This document shows, piece after piece, positions 57,563-64,000 of a stretch of DNA of 64,000 nt (positions within the stretch are counted from its first letter, which is position 1; every line of letters begins with the position of its first letter). The notes under the pieces were generated by a model. The model had not been told where the DNA came from. It did not search any database and saw only the letters and a program-made list of their open reading frames with translations. The stretch is from Candidatus Binataceae bacterium. GTDB lineage: Bacteria; Desulfobacterota; Binatia; Binatales; Binataceae. The stretch spans positions 4,220 through 68,219 of the forward strand of contig DATKSQ010000092.1 of assembly GCA_035531615.1 (NCBI GenBank), read 5' to 3'. Made by a program: the position numbers and the translations under genes.

Positions 57563-58347
57563 AACTACATCGTGTAACGGCGGTAATCGTTCGCCACTGC
57601 TACGAAGCGCGGCGCAACGTGGATCGCTTCATGGACATGGTTTACTGGCCGGTGCTGGACATCATCCTGTGGGGATTTTTCACGATCTACCTGCGCCAGG
57701 GCAATCATCTGCGCCCGGATTTGATCAGCTTTCTGCTCGGCGCGGTGATCCTGTGGGGGATTTTCTTCGCCTTCCAGCGCGACATGACGGTCGGTTTTCT
57801 CGACGAGCTATGGGCGCGCAACATGATCAACCTGTTCTCGTCACCGCTGGGCGTATGGGAGTACATCACGGGACTCATCTGTGTGAACCTGGTGAAGGTG
57901 GCGGTCGGCTTTGCATGCGCCAGCGCGATTGCGGTCGTGGCGTACAAGTTCAATATCATGCCGCTGCTCGGCGCGTTTCTACCCTTCATGCTGAACCTGA
58001 TTCTGTTCGCCTTCGCGATCGGGATCATCATGTCCGGGCTGATCGTGCGTTACACCACGCGAATCCAGACGCTGGCGTGGAGCTTCGCCGGGCCGTTGCA
58101 GCCAGTCTCCTGCGTATTCTACCCGATCAAATCGCTGCCCAGCATTCTGCGCGCGGTCGCCTGGATGCTGCCGACTACGCATGCGTTCGAAGGGATGCGC
58201 CAAATTCTGGCCGGCGGAGGATTCTCGCGCGTCCACTTCTGGTGGGGCATCGGCCTGAACGCGAGCTACTTCGCCGCGGCGATCCTTTTCTTCAACTGGA
58301 TCTTCGCCTCCGCCCGCAACAAGGGCCTGCTGGTGAAGCTCGAGTAG
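57559..58347 (+). CDS. ABC-2 type permease
   Basis: Six-TM pattern, CVFYPI..LP, LPTTHAFEGMR; ATGA coupling. Confidence 0.9.
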   Translation: MKLHRVTAVIVRHCYEARRNVDRFMDMVYWPVLDIILWGFFTIYLRQGNHLRPDLISFLLGAVILWGIFFAFQRDMTVGFLDELWARNMINLFSSPLGVWEYITGLICVNLVKVAVGFACASAIAVVAYKFNIMPLLGAFLPFMLNLILFAFAIGIIMSGLIVRYTTRIQTLAWSFAGPLQPVSCVFYPIKSLPSILRAVAWMLPTTHAFEGMRQILAGGGFSRVHFWWGIGLNASYFAAAILFFNWIFASARNKGLLVKLE

Positions 58348-58432
58348 CGGCACGGACCAACGGTGTGCCGTGCGCGCCCGGAGACTCACCACCCGGCGCA
58401 ACGGCCGACCCGTGGGATGCGAGAGACGGGGA

Positions 58433-58615
58433 CTATTCCGTGGGGTTTTTCGTGGCAGCGGAGGGCTCGAACACGACCGAGAAGTGTTCGCCCTTGCGCT
58501 CATAGACCGCGACGTCGAACGGATCCTGTCCAGTGCGCAACCGCTCGATCTTCTGGCCGATCATTTCGAGGCGCTTTTCGAGCGCAAGCGTTGAGACATT
58601 CGGTTTATTTCTCAT
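58433..58615 (-). CDS. 60-aa hypothetical protein
   Basis: MRNKPNVSTLALEKRLEMIGQKIERL...; directly downstream of the GAF-like gene on the same strand. Confidence 0.45.
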   Translation of the reverse strand: MRNKPNVSTLALEKRLEMIGQKIERLRTGQDPFDVAVYERKGEHFSVVFEPSAATKNPTE

Positions 58616-58641
58616 GGCTGTCACCGGATCGAACTCAGGTT

Positions 58642-59801
58642 TTACTTTAGCAACTTTGCGAGGTTCTGCACAGGCTCCGACGGGGCATTCGTGGCATCAC
58701 TGGTAGCCGCTCTGTCGAGAAGATCGAGTAGTTGAACCAAAATCGCCTGAAACGGGATGATTAGCGGCGCGAACTGTTCACTCAATTGTCTCGCATTGAG
58801 CATTCCGGCACGGTCGGAGTGAATGTTCAGCACCCCCAGCTTTAGCTCGCGATTTTCAAACCGAGAGACCGGAAGCGAGACGAAACTTCGAACCGTGGCC
58901 GAACGCGTGGCGAAATACGCTTCCAGCTCCGCGATGATGTCTCCAGAAAAATCGCCTTGATTCTTACACCACTCGCCGAGGGTGTTGGTATCGCTATACC
59001 CGTCGAGCGCGTTACGGATGAAGGCAAAAGGCGCGCCGGGAGCACCCGCCATCGAAGACTGTCCGCCGTCCGCCAGATCCGCGGCACCGGCAAAGCCATC
59101 GGAACTAGCGTCGGATCTGGTTTGTCAGGAGCCACGCGAGTGCTGGTCGAGAGTTCGCAGTCAAGATCCAATATCCCTTCGAGCTGCCTGAGATCGGTCG
59201 CCGGATCGCAAAATTTCAATCTACGCTGTACGCCTGCGGCCTCGGCCTCGGTGAGCCCCCCCACCGCGCGAAACCGCATGATGTTGACCGCGTAGAGGGT
59301 ATTGGGTGGTTGTCGATCAAATTTCTGCGCGAGGGTTCCGATTCCCGCGCAGACGATCCGGATCGCTTTCTGGATGGCCTCCTTAGGGCTGGCGGCCGGC
59401 AGAACCTCGCTCAAGACAGCAAAGCGATCGCTGTAAATGCTTCCGAACACGTAAAGAAAATCCGGGGGCGGAACCGTCCGAATCAGATTCGCAAGCTCGT
59501 CGGCCTTGCCGTATAAATCGCGAGTGGCGTGGTCGCGTCGCTGTCCGGCGACAAACTGTCCGAGGAAAAAGAGGAAGGCGGACACGAGCGCGGTCGCCCA
59601 AAACACCGCCGCCTGCCAAGGTACGGGGAGCCGCAGGCGCGAAAAAGGAAACTCTGACTGTATCTGCCCCGTGTATAGAGTTCCGAACAGCCCGGCCATC
59701 AGGGTCAGCAACGCGACCACCGCTGCGAGGAGCGCCCCGCTCGCGGCGGTGAGCACCTCCCGCAGTTTCCGTCCCAGCGAATCCCCCTTCATAACGACCA
59801 T
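58642..59801 (-). pseudogene. Two-TM plus GAF-like protein split by a single-base frameshift near 59038-59040
   Basis: Adding one C in CTCCCGG joins ORFs 58842..59801 and 58642..59052 into one 386-aa frame (..RWRVLPGAPFAFIRN..SFVSLPV..LGVLNIHS). Confidence 0.65.
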
Positions 59802-59844
59802 TCAATCCCAGAAGCGCCGAGTGCCTGCAACCGGCGCGAATCCC

Positions 59845-61386
59845 TCACCGCCGCGGCATATCCACCGCGCCCACGGCGTAGGCCACGGTCGCCGATGCCG
59901 TCAGCAGATCCGCCGTGGACTGGATCATCGTGAAGCGGGCGTTGGCCAGCGCCGTGTCGGCGGTGAGCAGCTCGACGATTGTACTGAGTCCCTGCCGATA
60001 GGTCTCAAGGTTGTCGTTGTATGATTCCTGCGCGGCGGCGAGTAGCGCTTGCGCGAACTGATACTTCTTCGCCGCGGTCTGAAAATCGTAATAGGAACGC
60101 CAGACCTCGGCGATGGTCTCGAGCTCGAGCGACTTGACGCTCTCGCGCTCGGCCGCGCGTTCCGCCTCGGTGCGGCGGTCGTCGTTCACACGGCTGAACC
60201 CGGTGAAGATGTCCCAGCGCAGAGTCAGCAGGGCCGCGTACTGCGGCGATGCGCTCTTGATCACGTTCGCGTCCGCAAAATTGTACCACCACGCCTGCTC
60301 GCCATAGTCCGCGCCGGCTGCGACAACCGGATACCATCGCGCGCGCGAGCGCTTCTCGGCCGCCACGCTGGCCTGATACTTCGCCGCTTCTGCTTCGAGG
60401 TCGGGGCGCTGATGAAGCGCCGCGCCGATCAACTGCTCGACTTCCTTGCCCAGTGTCTTCGGCACCGGCTGATTTTCGAGCGGCTGGATTTCCAGCGGCT
60501 CATCGGCCGCGACTCCCACCGCGACCGCGAGCGCGGCGCGCGCATCGTTGACCAGCGTGCGCGCGCTCTCGAGCTCGAAATCGGCCTGCGCCTTGCGCTC
60601 GCGCGCGAGCAACAGCGCGGGCTCGGTGGCAAGCCCCAAATCGACGCGGCGCGCAACCGCCGCCAGGTCGGTGCTCGCCAGCTTAAGGTTCTCAGCCGCC
60701 GCTTGCACCGCGGCCTGCGCCGCCGCGACCGCGTAGTAGGAACGCTGCACGGCGAATACCACCGTCTGCATGGTCCGGTTGAAGCCGAAATTGGCGGCGG
60801 CGAGCTGCTGGCGCGCCAGCTCCGAGTCCGCGCCGCGCCGTCCGAAGTCGAGCAGCGTGTAGGTCAGCTCGGCCATCGGCGACGCGGACCATTGCTTGAT
60901 CACCGCCGGCCCGGGCGCGACCTGGAACAAGAGCCTGTTGTAGCCGCCGTCGGCCTCGAAGCTCGCGTGTGGATAGTAGGGCGCCTGCGCGATTGCGTAC
61001 GCGGCGGCCGCGGCGCGGGCCGATTGCCACGCTTGGCGGGTGCGCGGATTGAGCCGCAGCGCCAGATCGATAAGCCGCGGCAGATCGTAGCGTGCCGCGC
61101 CTGCCGCCGGACGCAGCCCGTGCGCCGATCGCGTGATCTCCTGGGTCACCGCCGCGAGGCGATATTGCGGCGCGGTGGGCGCCGTCGGCTTCCATGGCTG
61201 ATCGGCCGCAACCGGCGAATATAGGTCCGGCGCGATCTCCGGACGTTCCGTGTAGCGGGCGCATCCCGCGGCAAACGCAGCCAGTATCAAGGCCGCCGCG
61301 CCGATCGAAACGCGCGGGCAGGAAAACTTGCGGCGTCGATGCCCGTCAGCGGGAGTCGGATAATTCCGGATCGTTGCCAACTTCAT
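59845..61386 (-). CDS. TolC-family outer-membrane efflux lipoprotein (MdtP-like)
   Basis: Lipobox AAGC, LDFGRR, RPDLEA, YRQGLSTIVELL.AD. Confidence 0.9.
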   Translation of the reverse strand: MKLATIRNYPTPADGHRRRKFSCPRVSIGAAALILAAFAAGCARYTERPEIAPDLYSPVAADQPWKPTAPTAPQYRLAAVTQEITRSAHGLRPAAGAARYDLPRLIDLALRLNPRTRQAWQSARAAAAAYAIAQAPYYPHASFEADGGYNRLLFQVAPGPAVIKQWSASPMAELTYTLLDFGRRGADSELARQQLAAANFGFNRTMQTVVFAVQRSYYAVAAAQAAVQAAAENLKLASTDLAAVARRVDLGLATEPALLLARERKAQADFELESARTLVNDARAALAVAVGVAADEPLEIQPLENQPVPKTLGKEVEQLIGAALHQRPDLEAEAAKYQASVAAEKRSRARWYPVVAAGADYGEQAWWYNFADANVIKSASPQYAALLTLRWDIFTGFSRVNDDRRTEAERAAERESVKSLELETIAEVWRSYYDFQTAAKKYQFAQALLAAAQESYNDNLETYRQGLSTIVELLTADTALANARFTMIQSTADLLTASATVAYAVGAVDMPRR

Positions 61387-61550
61387 AAAGCCCCCGAAAG
61401 TGGATATTTCAAATCCGCCAGCTGGCTCATCCCGGCCGCGGTCCGCATCAGAGTAACCCGCAAGCGCGGCAAAATCGCGCCGCTCGAAAACCATTTCGCT
61501 GCCCTGGCGATGATGCGTGCGGACCAGCGGGCGCGTAGAATCTCCACGGC

Positions 61551-61829
61551 ATGAATCGAAACGTGCGATGGATACTGCCGCGGGCGGGCGCCGCCGCGTC
61601 GGCGACGTTCACGGCGGCGGGATGCGACCCGATCGTCAATATCGCGGGGGCGAACTTCCCGAGCTGGCTGGTGGCCGCGATCGCCGGCGCGGTCTTGGCC
61701 GCGCTCCTGCGCCCGGTGTTCGTCGCGATCGGTCTCGAGCGCTACCTGTGGCCGCTGCCGGCGGTTTACGCGAGCCTCGCGGTGCTGCTCGGATGCGTTT
61801 TCTGGATGATCTTCTTCAACCGGGTATAA
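61551..61829 (+). CDS. YtcA-family lipoprotein/membrane protein
   Basis: GCDPIVNIAGANFPSWL...LWPLPAVY; precedes an MdtN-like gene. Confidence 0.75.
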   Translation: MNRNVRWILPRAGAAASATFTAAGCDPIVNIAGANFPSWLVAAIAGAVLAALLRPVFVAIGLERYLWPLPAVYASLAVLLGCVFWMIFFNRV

Positions 61830-61839
61830 AGGCCTGACT

Positions 61840-62874
61840 GTGGCTCCTGAAGACGACGCGGGCGCGGATAATCCGCTGCTCAAGACCATCGGGCGCCTCC
61901 TGAGCGTCGGTATAATCGCTGCCGCTGCCGCCGCCGCGCTGTTCGTCACGCGCCTGTATTACATCTATCCGCGCACCGACGACGCATACGTGCGCGCCAA
62001 CCTGATCGGCGTGGCGCCGCACGTGAGCGGACCGATCGTCAAGCTGCCGATCGTCGATAATCAGCATGTGCGCAAGGACGAGCTGCTGTTCGTCGTTGAT
62101 CCGCGCCCCTACCAGGCGGCGCTCGACGCGCTGGTCGCCAAACTGCAGTTGACCGACCTGCGGATCCAGGGCCTGAGCGCCGCAATCGCCGCCGCGCAGG
62201 CCGAACAGAAGCGCCGCGAGGCCGACTTGGCTTACGCGCGCCAATACCTGCATCGAATCGAGCCGCTGCTGGCCAAACATTACGTCACCGCCAATGACGT
62301 CTTCGATGCGCGCAGCAAGATGCGCGCGGCCGACGCCGCGGTGGAAAACGCGCGCTCGACTGTGCGCCAGGCGCGAAACGAGCTGGGCCAGTATGGCGAT
62401 ATCAACGCGCGCCGCAAGCAGGCGCAAGCCGAAGTAACCGACGCGCGGCTCAATATCGAATACTGCCACGTGCGCGCCCCGTTCGACGGCTACGTGACCA
62501 ATCTCAATATCGCGGTGGGTCAGTACGCCAACGAGGGCAAGGACGTGCTGAACCTGATCGACAACCGGGTGTGGTACGTGGTCGCTAATTTCCGCGAGAA
62601 TTTTCTCGATCATATCCGGCCCGGAATGACCGCGCGGATTTACCTGCTCAGCTACCCTAACCATCCCTTTCACGGAATCGTGCAGGGCGTCGGATGGGCG
62701 CTTTATCAGCAAAATGGCGCCAGCATCGAGGGACTGCCGCAGGTCGAGCCGACGCTCAACTGGGTGCGGCTGTCGCAGCGCTTCCCGGTGCGTATCACAC
62801 TGGATCATGGCGATCCGAATTTTCCGCTGCGCACCGGGCAGACCGCGGTCGTAACGATCCAGGGTTTCCGCTAG
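61840..62874 (+). CDS. HlyD-family membrane fusion protein (MdtN-like)
   Basis: PRTDDAYV, VAPHVSG, VRAPFDG, WVRLSQRFPVRI. Confidence 0.92.
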   Translation: MAPEDDAGADNPLLKTIGRLLSVGIIAAAAAAALFVTRLYYIYPRTDDAYVRANLIGVAPHVSGPIVKLPIVDNQHVRKDELLFVVDPRPYQAALDALVAKLQLTDLRIQGLSAAIAAAQAEQKRREADLAYARQYLHRIEPLLAKHYVTANDVFDARSKMRAADAAVENARSTVRQARNELGQYGDINARRKQAQAEVTDARLNIEYCHVRAPFDGYVTNLNIAVGQYANEGKDVLNLIDNRVWYVVANFRENFLDHIRPGMTARIYLLSYPNHPFHGIVQGVGWALYQQNGASIEGLPQVEPTLNWVRLSQRFPVRITLDHGDPNFPLRTGQTAVVTIQGFR

Positions 62875-62876
62875 CG

Positions 62877-64000
62877 ATGGCGACCGCGCCGGGCACAGGA
62901 CTTCGCTCGAGCCTGCCGCTGGCACGACTCGCGGCGGCGGGGGCGCACGGCTTTGTACGACGGATTGACTGGCTGTTCGGCGCGCTGGCCCCCGACCTGA
63001 CGGCGCATCCGCGGCGCGCACGCAGCGCCCTTCGCACCGCAGTCATTTGCGCGCTTGGGTTCGGCCTGATGGCTGCCGCGCACGCCGATTCGTTGCTGGG
63101 CCCGTATGCGCTGTGGACCATCGCGTCGGCGGGTGGCGTGCGAATAACCCCGCTCGCCGCACTGCGCTATATCGTCATCACGGGCGCGATGCTGGCGCTT
63201 TCGGTGCCGATGGCGGGCCAGCTCGCCGAGGCGCCGTGGCTGATGCTCCCGTTTCTGGGCGTGGTCGCGATGGCGTTTCGGTACCTCATGACCGTGCGGC
63301 GGCTCCCCTATGCGTGGGTGATCGTCGAGATCACATTCTTGACCTCGTTCTACCTGGTGGTGTTCGAGCCCCGTGATTTCGGAGTCGAAGTAGCCGCGAC
63401 CTTCGGCGGGGTGGTCATCAGTTTCATCCTGGTCGCGCTGTTCGACACCGTGCTGTGGCCCGATCCCGCCGACGCCACGCTGACCGCGATGCTGGGGCAT
63501 AGCTTGGGACGCACCCGCGCGCGGCTCGGGCAAGCGATGGCGCTGTACTTCGCGCCACGGGGAAAATTGAATGCGAAAATTCCCGGCTTCATGTCCGACC
63601 TGCCAGCGCATCTGGCGGTGCTCGAGCGCGCCGTTCAGGAGGGCGCAAGTTCCGAGCGGCGCGCGGTTTTACTCGGCGCGATCACGCTCGAGGAGCGGCT
63701 GCATATCGAGGTTGACCGCCTGATTGTGACCGCGCTCGATCCGCAGCTTGGTGATACGCGCACGATGTTGCGGCCCGAGATCGAGGCAACGGTCCGCGCC
63801 CTGGACGCCGCGCTCGCCGAGCGCGAGGTGGAACTCGCGCGCGGTGAAATTTTATATGGCGAGAACGCCACCGGACCGTCCGCCACCTTGATACCGCCGG
63901 CGATCGCCGCGCTCCAGACACGGCTGGCTGCCTTACGCCCGACCTTGCTCGCACAGTCCACGGGGACCGAGGCCGCCAACCTGGGCGCATTTCTGGACGG
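62877..64000 (+). CDS. FUSC/MdtO-like inner-membrane efflux component (partial, runs off window)
   Basis: Manual translation from ATG 62877: ..PRRARSALRTAVI.. followed by multiple TMs and LWPDPA. Confidence 0.78.
   Translation, partial: MATAPGTGLRSSLPLARLAAAGAHGFVRRIDWLFGALAPDLTAHPRRARSALRTAVICALGFGLMAAAHADSLLGPYALWTIASAGGVRITPLAALRYIVITGAMLALSVPMAGQLAEAPWLMLPFLGVVAMAFRYLMTVRRLPYAWVIVEITFLTSFYLVVFEPRDFGVEVAATFGGVVISFILVALFDTVLWPDPADATLTAMLGHSLGRTRARLGQAMALYFAPRGKLNAKIPGFMSDLPAHLAVLERAVQEGASSERRAVLLGAITLEERLHIEVDRLIVTALDPQLGDTRTMLRPEIEATVRALDAALAEREVELARGEILYGENATGPSATLIPPAIAALQTRLAALRPTLLAQSTGTEAANLGAFLD

Noticed and set aside
1-64000. tRNA, rRNA, transposase, integrase or prophage genes
   Set aside because: No cloverleaf, rRNA signature or recombinase/transposase motif was recognised; nearly all sequence is explained by protein-coding genes.

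Overview
GC-rich bacterial chromosomal DNA. Gene style suggests a soil lineage such as Candidatus Binataceae, but this is unverified inference. Bases 1-35.7 kb form one long minus-strand surface-polysaccharide locus that continues past the left edge. In transcription order it encodes a NusG/RfaH-like antiterminator, a lipoprotein, a large SLBB (OPX) exporter, a lytic transglycosylase, Wzi, a Wzz-like copolymerase, Wzx, a Wzy-like polymerase, eight glycosyltransferases, eight SAM methyltransferases, a carbamoyltransferase, two NDP-sugar epimerases, a WecA fusion, a cupin and gmd. The most striking structure is at 12.8-17.4 kb and 25.1 kb, where five short gene-start stubs (28-47 aa truncated N-termini) sit at gene junctions. 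Two methyltransferase islets are bracketed by ~120-bp diverged direct repeats made of coding sequence, and one islet is inverted inside the operon. Its excision would restore an ATG-started, translationally coupled GT4. The rest of the window holds a DUF1302-like barrel, a Cys-rich NHL protein, a PerR-rubrerythrin-FeS-DUF3501 operon with a Fur-type box, desaturase-cfa, KirBac, an esterase, copA with csoR-HPP and their operator, TTC38-like and beta-helix membrane proteins, an ABC-2 pair behind a leader terminator, a frameshifted two-TM GAF-like gene, and a TolC/YtcA/MdtN/MdtO-type efflux system. I saw no rRNA, tRNA, CRISPR array, transposase or integrase. Family assignments rest on motif recognition, not database searches.
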